Assembly: GCA_963786085.1 (NCBI GenBank)
Contig: CAWAYO010000031.1
Coordinates: 1,465-65,464, forward strand
DNA length: 64,000 nt
Direction: 5' to 3'
Origin: an uncultured Acidobacteriaceae bacterium
Lineage (GTDB): Bacteria > Acidobacteriota > Terriglobia > Terriglobales > Acidobacteriaceae
Shown here: positions 1-10,700 of the stretch, one piece after another
Position numbering within the stretch: position 1 is the first letter of the stretch
Layout of the letters: each line of letters opens with the position of its first letter
Program-made: the position numbers and the translations under genes
Notes under the pieces: generated by a model
What the model was told of the DNA's origin: nothing
The model's database searches: none
Seen by the model: only the letters and a program-made list of their open reading frames with translations

Positions 1-675
1 ATGCTGCTTCACGTAATCGGCAGCAGCCTCTTCCGCTGTGCCCCCGATCTCGCCAATAAGAATGATCGCCTCGGTCTCGGGATCTTCGTTCAGCAGCTTC
101 AGGGCATCGATATGCGTCGTCCCAATGATTGGATCGCCGCCGATGCCGATCGCCGTCGACTGCCCGATGCCGCGCTGCGTAAGCTGATAGACGGCTTCGT
201 AGGTCAGGGTTCCAGAGCGCGACACGATGCCGACATTGCCTTCTTTGTGAATGCGTCCCGGCATAATGCCGATCTTCGCCTTGCCCGGTGAGATAACCCC
301 CGGGCAGTTCGGTCCGATGAGCCGCGAACTCGAATTCTTGAGCACGCTCCAAACCTTCACCATGTCATTGATCGGAATGCCTTCCGTAATGCAGATGATC
401 AGCGGCAGCCCGGCTTCGTTGGCTTCGAGAATCGCATCCGCAGCGAATGGCGGCGGCACGAAGATGACGGTGGCATTGGCTCCGGTCTTCTCGACGGCCT
501 CGGCCACGGTGTCGAACACCGGCCATCCCTCGTGAGTCGTCCCGCCCTTGCCTGGAGTGACTCCGCCAAGCACATTGGTTCCGTACTCAGCGCAGCCCTT
601 GGCGTGGAAGGTGCCTTCTTTGCCCGTAATTCCCTGAACGATCAGCTTCGTATTCTTATCGACTAAAACGGCCAT
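1..675 (-). CDS. sucD: Succinyl-CoA synthetase alpha subunit (runs off window edge)
   Basis: Manual minus-strand translation from ATG at 675: [45 protein letters not shown]...; start overlaps the sucC stop (TAATG). Confidence 0.96.
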   Translation of the reverse strand, partial: MAVLVDKNTKLIVQGITGKEGTFHAKGCAEYGTNVLGGVTPGKGGTTHEGWPVFDTVAEAVEKTGANATVIFVPPPFAADAILEANEAGLPLIICITEGIPINDMVKVWSVLKNSSSRLIGPNCPGVISPGKAKIGIMPGRIHKEGNVGIVSRSGTLTYEAVYQLTQRGIGQSTAIGIGGDPIIGTTHIDALKLLNEDPETEAIILIGEIGGTAEEAAADYVKQH

Positions 676-1856
676 TAGCTATTCGCTCCCTTCGCCGCTG
701 CGACCACCTTCTGCGCCGCATCCTGCATGGTGTCGCCGATGATGAAGTTGAGGCCGGAATCGTTGAGGATCTTGCGGCCCTCCTCGACGTTCGTGCCTTC
801 GAGGCGCAGCACCACGGGAACCTTTACGTTCGTCTTCTTCGCTGCCTCGACAACACCCTGCGCCAGCGTGTCGACGCGCAGGATGCCTCCGAAGATGTTG
901 ATGAAGACCGCCTGAACGCCCTTGTCCGAGAGCAGAATCTCGAACGCATGCTCGATCTGCTGTTGGTTCGCGCCACCGCCCACGTCGAGAAAGTTCGCCG
1001 GCGATCCTCCCGCGTACTGGATGATGTCCATCGTAGCCATCGCCAGCCCGGCCCCATTGACCATGCAGGCGATGTTGCCATCGAGCTTGATGTAGTTGAG
1101 GGCGTACTTCGACGCCTCGACTTCGAGCGGGTCTTCTTCCGCGGTGTCGCGCAGTTCCTTCAGGTCCTTGTGACGGAAGATCGCGTTGTCGTCGAAATTG
1201 ATCTTGCAGTCAAGAGCGAAGAGCTTGTCGTCCTTGGTGGTGATAAACGGATTGATCTCCAGCAGCGAAGCATCCGTATCCACGTAAGCCTTGTACAGCC
1301 CGAGCATGAACTTGACCGCTTCATTCAGTTGCGTCGGCTTGAGTCCGAGAGCAAAGGCAAGCTGTCGCGCCTGGTAGGGCTGGAAGCCGACCGCCGGGTC
1401 GATGTAAACCTTCTTGATCGCCGTCGGATCTTTCTCCGCGACCTCCTCAATCTCCATGCCGCCGGCCTGCGACGCCATGAAGACCAGCTTCGCCGCTGCG
1501 CGATCGAGCACAATGCCGAGATAGAGCTCGCGGTCAATGTTGGCCGTTTCCTCGATGAGCAGGCGCTGCACCTTCTGTCCCTGCGGCCCGGTCTGGTGCG
1601 TCACTAGCTGCATTCCGAGAATCTGCTTGGAATACTGCTCGGCCTGGTCGATCGTTCTCGCGACCTTTACACCGCCGCCTTTTCCGCGGCCTCCGGCGTG
1701 AATCTGCGCCTTGACGACTACGCCCTTCGCGCCATTGGCGAAGAGCTTCTTGGCCACGTCCAGCGCTTCGTCGAGCGTGTTGGCCACCTCGCCTCGCGGC
1801 ACGGCGACGCCGTATTTCGCGAGGATGTCCTTTGCCTGATACTCGTGAATTTTCAT
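675..1856 (-). CDS. sucC: Succinyl-CoA synthetase beta subunit
   Basis: MKIHEYQAK start, [41 protein letters not shown]; true start 1856, the ORF-track 5' extension is spurious. Confidence 0.97.
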   Translation of the reverse strand: MKIHEYQAKDILAKYGVAVPRGEVANTLDEALDVAKKLFANGAKGVVVKAQIHAGGRGKGGGVKVARTIDQAEQYSKQILGMQLVTHQTGPQGQKVQRLLIEETANIDRELYLGIVLDRAAAKLVFMASQAGGMEIEEVAEKDPTAIKKVYIDPAVGFQPYQARQLAFALGLKPTQLNEAVKFMLGLYKAYVDTDASLLEINPFITTKDDKLFALDCKINFDDNAIFRHKDLKELRDTAEEDPLEVEASKYALNYIKLDGNIACMVNGAGLAMATMDIIQYAGGSPANFLDVGGGANQQQIEHAFEILLSDKGVQAVFINIFGGILRVDTLAQGVVEAAKKTNVKVPVVLRLEGTNVEEGRKILNDSGLNFIIGDTMQDAAQKVVAAAKGANS

Positions 1857-2085
1857 AAATGTATTTCGACAGAGATTGTCACAAAAATCGTTGGGTAAAA
1901 CGTCTGAAGACTTACCGCAGGCTCGTTCGCACACGGCAGCGCCGTGGTTGAAGGATTGCTTTGCAGCAGACTCTTCAGTGTAGCGGGTGATGGCCGCACG
2001 GGCAATTGCGGCACTGGCCGCTCGGGCAACTACGCTTCGCGCCGTCGAACTGTGATTCAAGCCCTGCTTGTAAACTGAGATGCGA

Positions 2086-3141
2086 ATGGCAGGCATCAGG
2101 CAGACGTTAAAGCTGGCAGTCGAGCAGAGAGCTACGCTCAGCCGCGAGGAGGCGCGCCAGGTACTGGTTGAAATTCTGGCGAGCGAGCCCGGAGGAGCCG
2201 ATCTGGAGATAGCGTCGCTCCTCACCGTGTTTGCCACACGCGGCGAGACCGTGGAGGAACTGACCGGATTTGCCGAGGCAATGCGATCCCTCTCTCTTCC
2301 GGTACCGCTGACAGATGAAGAACGTTCCACCCTCGTCGACACCTGCGGAACCGGCGGCGATGGCCTGGGCACGTTCAATATCTCGACCGGTGCGGCGCTG
2401 GTTGCGGTCGCCGCGGGCGCGAAAGTCGCCAAGCACGGCAACCGGGCTGTGACCTCTTACTGCGGCTCGGCCGATGTGCTCGAAGCGATGGGTGTGCCTG
2501 TTGCGCTCTCGCCCGAGCAGGCGGTCGCATGCTTTCGCTCCACCGGATTCATGTTTCTCTACGCGCCGGCGCTCCATCCCGCTCTGAAGCGTGTGCAGCC
2601 CATCCGCAAAGCTCTTGGCTTTCGCACCATCTTCAACCTCGCAGGTCCACTGACTAATCCCGCTGGCGCCCCGGCGCAGGTCATGGGAGTTTATTCCGGC
2701 ACCAAAGTTTCCTTGGTCGCCGAGTCCATGGCCCGGCTCGGTATCCGCCACGCGTTTGTCGTGCACGGTCTCGATGGACTGGACGAACTCACGCTGACGG
2801 GAGAAAGCAGCGTCGCAGAAGTAAAAGGAAACAATGTCCGGCTCTTTCGATTCATGCCCGAAGAAGCAGGATTGAGCCGTGCCCGTCTATCCGACCTGGC
2901 AGGAGCTACAACCGCCGCCGACAACGCCGCCGTCCTCTATCGCATTTTCGAAGGTGAGTCATCGCCGCGGCGTGACATCGTCCTTCTCAATGCTGCCGCA
3001 GCTCTTGTCGTAGCAGGCGTCGCCACAGATCTCAAGGAAGGTGTCGAGCGCGGCGCAGAGGCCATCGACTCGGGCCGCGTACTGCAAACGCTGAGCCATC
3101 TCCGTGAATTCGCAAAACAGCCCGCTGGATCCTCCGTCTAG
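2086..3141 (+). CDS. trpD: Anthranilate phosphoribosyltransferase
   Basis: [40 protein letters not shown] motifs. Confidence 0.96.
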   Translation: MAGIRQTLKLAVEQRATLSREEARQVLVEILASEPGGADLEIASLLTVFATRGETVEELTGFAEAMRSLSLPVPLTDEERSTLVDTCGTGGDGLGTFNISTGAALVAVAAGAKVAKHGNRAVTSYCGSADVLEAMGVPVALSPEQAVACFRSTGFMFLYAPALHPALKRVQPIRKALGFRTIFNLAGPLTNPAGAPAQVMGVYSGTKVSLVAESMARLGIRHAFVVHGLDGLDELTLTGESSVAEVKGNNVRLFRFMPEEAGLSRARLSDLAGATTAADNAAVLYRIFEGESSPRRDIVLLNAAAALVVAGVATDLKEGVERGAEAIDSGRVLQTLSHLREFAKQPAGSSV

Positions 3142-3246
3142 ATTCGTGCAACGTCCTCCTACCCCTCAGAGAGGACGAAGACCGAGCCCATCAGGCGATA
3201 TAAACTGCCCAAGGTTCTGGGTGACCCTCAGTGTCAGGAGAGAAGC

Positions 3247-4002
3247 ATGAAATCAGCAGCGTGGCGAAATGCAGGAGCTTTCGCACTTACGGCGGCTCTG
3301 TTCGGATTTGCCGTAACCTCAATGGCGCAGACCATCAAGATCGACAAGAACAATCGCACCATTGCCGTGACTGCTTCGGAAAAAGCAACCGCGGATGCCG
3401 ACCAGGCGGTGGTTCATGTCGGATTCCAGATCTTCGGCCCGGATGAGACAAGCACCTACGCCGAGGGATCGAAGACTTCCAACGCGATCATTGATGCCCT
3501 GAAGAAAGCCGGCGTTCCCGAGAAGGCGATCGAAAGCGAAAACCAGAATCTGCAGCGCAACACGTATCACGATCCCGCAGGAATCGCAGATGGACCGCGA
3601 CAAGAAGCAGTTCGTGCTGAACCAGTCCTGGACCGTGAAGACCAAGCCGGATGACGCCGCAAAAATCCTGAACATTGCCGTGGCGTCGGCGCAAATCAGA
3701 GCGGACAGATCGACTGGCAGTACCAGGACATGAACGCACTTCAGGCCAAAGCAGCTTCGAATGCGTTGGCCAAGGCCCAGGCAATCGCACAGCAGATGGC
3801 GCTTGGCCTGAACGTCAAGCTGTCAGGTTTGATTTTCGCCAGCAACCAGGCGCCGGAGAGCCCTGTTCGGCCGATGGCGTAAGCCAAAGGTTCGATTGGG
3901 GGGCGCATGGTAATGGCAGCCGCTCCGCCTCGCCAGCTGGCCATCAATCCCCGCCAGATCGAGGAATCCGCCACTGTCTACGCTGTCTTTGCGATTGAGT
4001 AG
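3247..4002 (+). CDS. SIMPL (DUF541) domain periplasmic protein; two frameshifts and one in-frame TAA, probably sequence errors
   Basis: Signal peptide, RTIAVTASEKATADADQAVVHVG, ...ALAKAQAIAQQMA..., C-terminal IEESATVYAVFAIE* across frames. Confidence 0.75.
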
Positions 4003-4106
4003 CGCTGCGCCATCGATGAGGCTGCGACTTTAACTCTCGCGGCGCATCTGACAGGAGTTACGGCGTAATCTGCTTAGAGCCGGAGAATCTCCCCGCAAGG
4101 AGCGAC

Positions 4107-4961
4107 ATGCCCCGCTACCAGTATCGCGATCTTGAGCCTACTCGCGAAGCCAAAGAAGTTTTTACGCGCTGGATCAACTATCTCGACGAGGAATTCACCA
4201 AGCACAAGAAACCAGCGCTGAGAGCGGAGTTGGTGCGCGACAACCTGCACCAGTTGCTGCTGGGGCGTCCGCACGGTGGCAAGCTCAATTTCACGCTGAC
4301 CAGTGAGCTGCCCTTCAACGTCCTGGAGCTTTCGCTGGACCCGGCGAACGTGACGCTGGAGCCGGAGTATTACGGTGATATCGATGCGACACGATATGCC
4401 TGCCTCAAGCCGCTGATCTGGTTCTGGCACATGTTCGATCACTCGCCGGTGGCGCTCAACCACTGGCTGGGATTCCGTTTTCGCGCCATGCTTGGCAAAC
4501 ATATTTTCAAAAGCATCGGTAAGAACGTGAAGATTTTTCACGGCGTTGAGTTCTCCTACGGTTACAACCTGACCATCGAAGACGACTGCGTCATCCACAA
4601 GTACGTGATGCTCGACGATCGCGGCGAGATCGTGATCAAGAAGGGCACCTCGATCTCCGACTACGCGGCCGTCTATTCGCATGCGCATGATCCGATTGAT
4701 TCGAGCGTCGTCGAGAATCGCAAGACGGAGATCGGGCCGCGAGCGCGGCTGACCTATCACGCCTCGGTGATGGCCGGTGTGCGCGTTGGCGAAGATGCCA
4801 TGCTCGGCGCGATGGGGCTCGCCACCCGGGAAATTGCCGACCACTCCATTGCCGGCGGCGTGCCCGCGAAGGAGCTGAAGACCAAGGACCAGGCAAATCA
4901 GTTTAAGGACAGAACCGATGTCCCCGCTCCCGATCGGATGGCGCGGCCCGAATGTGAATGA
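4107..4961 (+). CDS. Hexapeptide-repeat (left-handed beta-helix) acyltransferase
   Basis: IGKNVKI, LTIEDDCVI, IGPRARL..VMAGVRVGEDAMLGA..GGVPAK. Confidence 0.85.
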   Translation: MPRYQYRDLEPTREAKEVFTRWINYLDEEFTKHKKPALRAELVRDNLHQLLLGRPHGGKLNFTLTSELPFNVLELSLDPANVTLEPEYYGDIDATRYACLKPLIWFWHMFDHSPVALNHWLGFRFRAMLGKHIFKSIGKNVKIFHGVEFSYGYNLTIEDDCVIHKYVMLDDRGEIVIKKGTSISDYAAVYSHAHDPIDSSVVENRKTEIGPRARLTYHASVMAGVRVGEDAMLGAMGLATREIADHSIAGGVPAKELKTKDQANQFKDRTDVPAPDRMARPECE

Positions 4962-5028
4962 GGCAGCGAGCCACCGCCCTGCGCGGACCGGCGAGCCGTT
5001 TCCGGCCCTGTTACCATCACTTTTGACC

Positions 5029-5733
5029 ATGAGTCAGCAAGAAATAGTTATAAAGATTTTTCAGTTTGCGATCCTTGTTTTCGCGCTCAGTCTCCACGAG
5101 TCGGCGCACGCCTGGATGGCTTCGCGTCTGGGAGACCAGACGGCTCGAATGCTCGGACGGGTGACACTGAATCCCATCAAGCACATTGATCCCATCGGAA
5201 CGATCCTCATTCCTTTGGTGATGCTGTTTTTGCCCGGTTATGGCCGGTTCCTTATCGGATGGGCGCGTCCCACACCCGTCAACACGCGAAATTTCAAGCG
5301 CGTTACCCGCGACGATATCCTGACGACCCTCGCCGGGCCAATAAGCAACCTGCTCGCTGCGCTTGCGGCCACGATCGCGCTGATCGTCCTGGCGAAGTCG
5401 AACATGGTGGGCGCGGAGGCAGTACATCAGCTCGCCGGCGCGCCCGCGAATGTGGATCTGCTGGCTTCCAGTCCGGTGATTTTCCCCATGGCCGTCATTC
5501 TTTATCTGGGCCTGGAAGTGAATCTGCTGCTTGCTTTCTTCAACCTGTTGCCCATCCCACCGCTCGACGGTTCGCATATCTTCCGCCACATGCTCCCCTA
5601 CAATGCGCTGCGCGTTTACGACTCGCTGGGGATGATCAGCCTCATTCTGATCCTGCTGGTTGGCGGCCCGCTGGTCATGTTCTTCGTCAGCCCCGCATTG
5701 GGCATGATCAACTGGGTTCTGCTCTCGCTCTGA
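5029..5733 (+). CDS. Site-2 protease family (M50) membrane metalloprotease
   Basis: LHESAH (HExxH), AGPISN, FNLLPIPPLDG; usual neighbour of trpS. Confidence 0.93.
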   Translation: MSQQEIVIKIFQFAILVFALSLHESAHAWMASRLGDQTARMLGRVTLNPIKHIDPIGTILIPLVMLFLPGYGRFLIGWARPTPVNTRNFKRVTRDDILTTLAGPISNLLAALAATIALIVLAKSNMVGAEAVHQLAGAPANVDLLASSPVIFPMAVILYLGLEVNLLLAFFNLLPIPPLDGSHIFRHMLPYNALRVYDSLGMISLILILLVGGPLVMFFVSPALGMINWVLLSL

Positions 5734-5779
5734 TTCTTTCCGTACAATAAACGAAGCATTTCTTGAACAAAGGATCAGG

Positions 5780-6839
5780 GTGTCGATTTCTTCTTCTCAT
5801 CTGAGGAAGCGCGTGCTCAGCGGCATGCGCCCCACCGGCAAGCTACATCTCGGCAACTACATGGGCGCTCTTTACAACTGGGTGCGCCTGCAGCGCGAGT
5901 ATGAGTGCTACTTCTTCATCGCGGATTGGCATGCTCTCACCACCGATTACGCCGACACGTCGCAGGTAAAAGAGAACACCCGCGAAGTAATTCTCGACTT
6001 CCTCGGAGCGGGCCTGGATCCGGAGCAGTGCACGATGTTCGTGCAAAGCGCTGTCAAGCAGCATGCCGAATTGTTCCTGCTCTTCACGATGATCACGCCT
6101 CTGGGCTGGCTCGAGCGCGTACCCACTTACAAAGAGCAGCAGGAGAACATCACCGGCAAGGACCTGAGTACCTACGGATTCCTCGGCTACCCGCTGCTCC
6201 AGTCCGCGGACATTCTGATCTACCAGGCAGATTTTGTCCCGGTCGGACAGGACCAGGTCGCGCACGTGGAACTGACCCGGGAGGTTGCGCGGAGGTTCAA
6301 TCGCCTTTTACGGCGAAAGCGTGGGTTTTCCCAGCGCAACTCTTGATTGGGGTTTAGTGGGGCGCGCAGTCCTCACCGAACCGCAGGTCCTCCTCACGCC
6401 ATCGCCCAAGCTCCCCGGTACCGATGGCCGCAAGATGTCGAAGAGCTACGGCAACACAATCCTGCTCACCGATCCCGAGCCGGTGATCCGCCAGAAACTC
6501 AAGCCCATGGTCACCGACCCGGCCAGAATCCGCCGAACCGATCCCGGCAATCCCGAGGTCTGTCCTGTCTTCGATCTGCACAAAGTTTTCTCCAGCGCCG
6601 AGACACAACAGAAAGCCCGCGAAGGCTGCACCACCGCAAGCATCGGATGTATCGAGTGCAAGAGCTGGGTCGGCGACGCCGTCGTCGCCGAGCTTGCCCC
6701 GATTCAGGAACGCCGCAGCAAATACGAGAGCAACCCCGGCCTGGTCACGGACATCCTCGAAGAAGGCAAAAGCCGCGCCACTGCCCGCGCAGAACAAACC
6801 ATGCGCGAGGTCCGTGCTGCCGTGGGGTTGGGCGAGTGA
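5780..6839 (+). CDS. trpS: Tryptophanyl-tRNA synthetase (frameshift near 6300-6345, probably assembly error)
   Basis: SGMRPTGKLHLGN (HIGH-like), YPLLQSADIL, VPVGQDQ in one frame; KMSKS in the next frame. Confidence 0.93.
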
Positions 6840-6844
6840 CCGCA

Positions 6845-7843
6845 ATGACCGAAGAACAAAACACCACGCCCGAATCCGCATCGACCGCGCCGGATCCGCA
6901 AGCCCCAGGTTCGCAGATCCCAACTTCGCAAACTCCGGATCCGCAAGTTCCAGATCCGCACATTCAGGAGCCGCAGGTTCAGGATTCGCCATCCGTCCCT
7001 GCCCCCGAGCCGTCCGTCGCAGCGGCCGCCCCGCCGGTGAAGCAAAATAAGAAAGCCGAGGAGTCGGCCTTTCCCTTCTCGGTGACGGTAGGCACCGTTT
7101 ACAACGGCCCGCTCGATCTGCTGCTCGACCTCATCCGCAAGCAGGACATCGACATCTACGACATTCCCATCGCGAAAATCACCGCCCAGTTCCTCGGCTA
7201 TGTCGATCATCTCAAGGAGTCCGATGTGGATGTCGCCGGCGACTTCATTTACACCGCCGCGCTGCTGATTCACATCAAGAGCAAGATGCTGCTGCCGCGC
7301 TCGCCCGCCGAAGCTGCCGAGGGGGAGCCGGAAGATCCCCGCCGCGAGTTGGTCGAGCGTCTGCTCGAGCACGAGCGCTTCAAGAACGCCGCCCACATGC
7401 TGCACGCCAAGCAGCAGATCGAGGAGGCGACCTGGACCAACCCCGGCATCCGCGAATTCCGTGACGCGGAGGGGACCGAGCCTGAGATTGCCGCGGACAC
7501 GATGGACCTGGTCCGCGTCTTCCAGCAAATACTGGAAAGGGCCAAGAATCGTCCTGTGCTGGACCTGGAGGAGGACGGAGCGACGGTCGGTCAGATGATC
7601 GACTTCATCCGCCGCCGCCTGGTCATGGAAGACAAACCCATCGCCCTCAGTAAGCTGCTGGCCAGTACCAGGTCGCGCAACTCCCTGATCGCCATGTTTC
7701 TGGGTCTTCTCGAGCTCGTCCGTTTACAGGCGATCCTGCTCCGCCAGGATCGAAACTTCAGCGAAATCTTCGTGAAGAAGCACCAGCAATTCGAGGAAGT
7801 CCTGAACGAGCGCATGAGCCAGATTCGCGACGACTGGTCATGA
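6845..7843 (+). CDS. scpA: Segregation and condensation protein A (kleisin)
   Basis: YNGPLDLLLDLIRKQDIDIYDIPIAKIT, LIHIKSKMLLP, FLGLLELVR. Confidence 0.93.
   Translation: MTEEQNTTPESASTAPDPQAPGSQIPTSQTPDPQVPDPHIQEPQVQDSPSVPAPEPSVAAAAPPVKQNKKAEESAFPFSVTVGTVYNGPLDLLLDLIRKQDIDIYDIPIAKITAQFLGYVDHLKESDVDVAGDFIYTAALLIHIKSKMLLPRSPAEAAEGEPEDPRRELVERLLEHERFKNAAHMLHAKQQIEEATWTNPGIREFRDAEGTEPEIAADTMDLVRVFQQILERAKNRPVLDLEEDGATVGQMIDFIRRRLVMEDKPIALSKLLASTRSRNSLIAMFLGLLELVRLQAILLRQDRNFSEIFVKKHQQFEEVLNERMSQIRDDWS
6890..6994 (+). repeat. Seven degenerate 15-bp tandem units in the scpA 5' region (PDPQx pentapeptide)
   Basis: ccggatccgcaagcc/ccaggttcgcagatc/ccaacttcgcaaact/ccggatccgcaagtt/ccagatccgcacatt/caggagccgcaggtt/caggattcgccatcc. 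Confidence 0.8.
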
Positions 7844-7857
7844 GGAAACCTAAGTCC

Positions 7858-7890
7858 GTTCATCGCGTATTCATCAGATATTCATAAATT
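7858..7890 (+). promoter_or_regulatory. Pho-box-like triple direct repeat (11-bp period) upstream of pit
   Basis: GTTCATCGCGT-ATTCATCAGAT-ATTCATAAATT, 85 bp before a phosphate transporter. Confidence 0.6.
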
Positions 7891-7975
7891 TTGGCTCGAA
7901 ATTGATGCTTCGGCTAAGCGTCGCCTGTTAGCTTTCTGGAACGAATCCACTAGGCGATTTCAGGAGCCGGTTCCC

Positions 7976-9598
7976 ATGGAAGAAGCAACAAGCGTAGCCG
8001 TTCCCCCCAGTCCCCTCGGTAGTCAGTCTGCGGTTCATGACAAGCTGAACAAATCTCCCGGCAAGATCGGCATGGCCATCTTCGGGCTGGCATTGGTTGC
8101 GGGCGCGATCTACTCGGCGCACCAGTTGAGCCAGGATCTCGCTACAACCCATCTGGCCTCCGTCTGGCCCTATATCCTGCTCGGAGTCGCCCTGCTGATC
8201 GCCCTCGGATTCGAGTTTGTGAACGGTTTCCACGACACGGCCAACGCGGTAGCGACGGTCATCTATACGCACACCCTGGAGCCGCACGTGGCCGTCGTCT
8301 GGTCGGGCATGTGGAACCTGATCGGCGTGCTTACCTCGTCGGGTGCGGTTGCTTTTACGATACTTTCGCTGCTGCCGGTGGAACTGGTTTTGCAGGTGGG
8401 CAAGGGCGCGGGCTTCGCCATGGTCTTCGCTCTACTGATTGCGGCTATTATCTGGAATCTCAGCACCTGGTGGCTCGGGTTGCCGGCGTCCAGCTCGCAT
8501 ACGCTGATCGGGTCGATCATCGGGGTGGGCGTAGCGAATCAGCTCATGAATCCCAAGACTGGCACCAGCGGCGTGGACTGGGGTCAGGCGGCGAACGTCT
8601 TCAAGGCGCTGCTGTTTTCGCCACTCGTCGGTTTTGTCTTTGCGGCGCTTCTATTGCTGCTGCTCAAAGTGCTCGTGAAGAAGCCGGAGCTCTACCAGTC
8701 GCCCAAGGGCGATGCGCCGCCGCCGTTCTGGATTCGCTCTCTGCTCATCCTTACCTGCACAGGCGTGAGCTTTGGGCATGGATCGAACGATGGCCAGAAG
8801 GGCATGGGCCTGATCATGCTCATCCTTATCGGCACGGTTCCCACGGCCTACGCCTTGAATCACGCGGTTGGCTACAACCAGGTTCAGGATTTTGCGGCGG
8901 TATCCAACGAGGCAGCGAAAGTGCTCTCCGGCTACGTTTCGCCCAATGCGGTGATGAGCGACGCCCGCAGCGACCTGACCGATTACATACGTACCAAGGA
9001 ATTCAACGCCAACACCATGCTGGCGGCGCGCCAGATGATCGTCGAGATTCGTGACGAAGTGACGGAGTACAAAACACTCGCAGGCATTCCGGCCAATCAG
9101 CAGCAGAATGTTCGCAACGACATGTACGTAACGGACGAAGCGCTCCGCCTGATGGCCAAGTCCGGCAATCCGAAATTTACCTCGGCTGAGAGCGCGGTTT
9201 TAGCCAACTATAAAAAGCACCTGGATCTGTCAACCAAGTTTATTCCGTCGTGGGTGAAGGTTGCGGTGGCTTTGGCACTGGGTATGGGAACAATGATCGG
9301 ATGGAAGCGGATCGTTGTCACTGTAGGCGAAAAGATCGGCAAGGACCACCTGACATATGCACAGGGAGCGTCGGCGGAGATAGTAGCGGCGGTGACCATT
9401 ATCGCCGCGGATCAGTATCATCTGCCGGTTTCAACCACCCACATCCTGTCTTCGGGTGTTGCTGGAACCATGCTCGCGAACGGCAGCGGCCTGCAATTAT
9501 CCACCATTCGCAACATCGCCCTGGCCTGGGTCTTCACTCTCCCGGCCGCGGCGCTCCTCGCAGCCGGGCTCTTCTGGGTCCTCCGGCAGCTCGTTTAG
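7976..9598 (+). CDS. pit: Inorganic phosphate transporter, PiT family
   Basis: NGFHDTANAVAT, PASSSH, HGSNDGQKGMG, PVSTTH signatures. Confidence 0.95.
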   Translation: MEEATSVAVPPSPLGSQSAVHDKLNKSPGKIGMAIFGLALVAGAIYSAHQLSQDLATTHLASVWPYILLGVALLIALGFEFVNGFHDTANAVATVIYTHTLEPHVAVVWSGMWNLIGVLTSSGAVAFTILSLLPVELVLQVGKGAGFAMVFALLIAAIIWNLSTWWLGLPASSSHTLIGSIIGVGVANQLMNPKTGTSGVDWGQAANVFKALLFSPLVGFVFAALLLLLLKVLVKKPELYQSPKGDAPPPFWIRSLLILTCTGVSFGHGSNDGQKGMGLIMLILIGTVPTAYALNHAVGYNQVQDFAAVSNEAAKVLSGYVSPNAVMSDARSDLTDYIRTKEFNANTMLAARQMIVEIRDEVTEYKTLAGIPANQQQNVRNDMYVTDEALRLMAKSGNPKFTSAESAVLANYKKHLDLSTKFIPSWVKVAVALALGMGTMIGWKRIVVTVGEKIGKDHLTYAQGASAEIVAAVTIIAADQYHLPVSTTHILSSGVAGTMLANGSGLQLSTIRNIALAWVFTLPAAALLAAGLFWVLRQLV

Positions 9599-9698
9599 AC
9601 TTCCAGTTAGTCTGCACCTGACGGGACCGGCGGCGCTTCTGTAGTATCTGAGAAGCGCCAGTTTTTCTTTGGGCGCATCAGAGTTTTCATTCGCATAC

Positions 9699-10700
9699 AT
9701 GAGTCTTAGAGCCAAGATCGAAGCTGTTATTTACGCGGCCGAAGAGCCGGTTACCCTGGCGCAGCTTACCACCCTGTTCCAGGCCGAGGCGCTTGATGAG
9801 CGTCGTGTTCGCCTGGCCGAACAGGCCGTGGAAGCGGCTGCGGCAATGTCGGTTGGTGTTGACACCAGCCTCGGATGGGAGGCTCCGCTGACTGTCTCTT
9901 TCGCCATCGCCGCGGAAAACGCCGCCGAACAGGCAGAAGAGGCTGGCGAAGACCCCAAACAGGTTGCGCGGCAACGCGATCGCGAGGCGCGCGATGAGAT
10001 TCGCCGCATCGTGAATGATCTCATCGCCGAATACGCCGAGGCTGATCGTGGCGTGGAAATCCGTGAAATCGCCGGAGGCTACCGTGTGGCTACCAAGGCG
10101 GAGTACCACGATGCCGTCCGCGGTTTCGTGAAGAGCCTGAAGCCGCCGATGAAGCTGTCCTTGCAGGCCCTCGAAACCCTGGCGGTTATCGCCTACAAGC
10201 AGCCGGTGACCGCCCCGGAAGTAAGCGAGATTCGCGGGGTCGATTCGAGCGGTGTCCTGGGCTCGCTGATCAGCCGCAAGCTCATCACCACAGCAGGTCG
10301 CAAGCATGTGATTGGCCGGCCCATCCTCTACAAAACCACGAAAGAATTCCTCCTCCGCTTCGGTCTGAAAGACCTGAACGAGCTGCCCTCGATCGAAGAA
10401 TTCGAGAAGATGGCCGGGGAACTCGCTGAAACCGATGAAATCGGCGCACCTGCCGAGCAACTGCCCCTTGAGCAAGGGGAGGAAAGCGCGGAAGCCGAGG
10501 AAGGAAATCATGCGGAGGCCGATCCCGACGAGGACGAGACCAGAGCTGCCGCAGTTGCGTCTGTCGGCGTCAGCGACGAGCGCGGTCAGGATCATGCCGA
10601 TCTTCCCGGCATCGAAGTAGAGCCCGAAGTGAAGCCAGCCCACATGGTCGATGCCGGCGAGGCGACCGCTTCCGTGGGCCAGCCCGGCGAAGGGGACTAA
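9699..10700 (+). CDS. scpB: SMC-Scp complex subunit ScpB with acidic C-terminal tail
   Basis: IEAVIYAAEEPVT, LSLQALETLAVIAYKQPVT..EIRGV, GRPILYKTTKEFL..FGL..L.ELP. Confidence 0.95.
   Translation: MSLRAKIEAVIYAAEEPVTLAQLTTLFQAEALDERRVRLAEQAVEAAAAMSVGVDTSLGWEAPLTVSFAIAAENAAEQAEEAGEDPKQVARQRDREARDEIRRIVNDLIAEYAEADRGVEIREIAGGYRVATKAEYHDAVRGFVKSLKPPMKLSLQALETLAVIAYKQPVTAPEVSEIRGVDSSGVLGSLISRKLITTAGRKHVIGRPILYKTTKEFLLRFGLKDLNELPSIEEFEKMAGELAETDEIGAPAEQLPLEQGEESAEAEEGNHAEADPDEDETRAAAVASVGVSDERGQDHADLPGIEVEPEVKPAHMVDAGEATASVGQPGEGD

Noticed and set aside
1857-2441. Long N-terminal extensions in the ORF track (sucC here; likewise scpA, meaB, mce, kinase)
   Set aside because: Extensions overlap neighbouring genes or precede the family-typical start, so downstream ATGs were used
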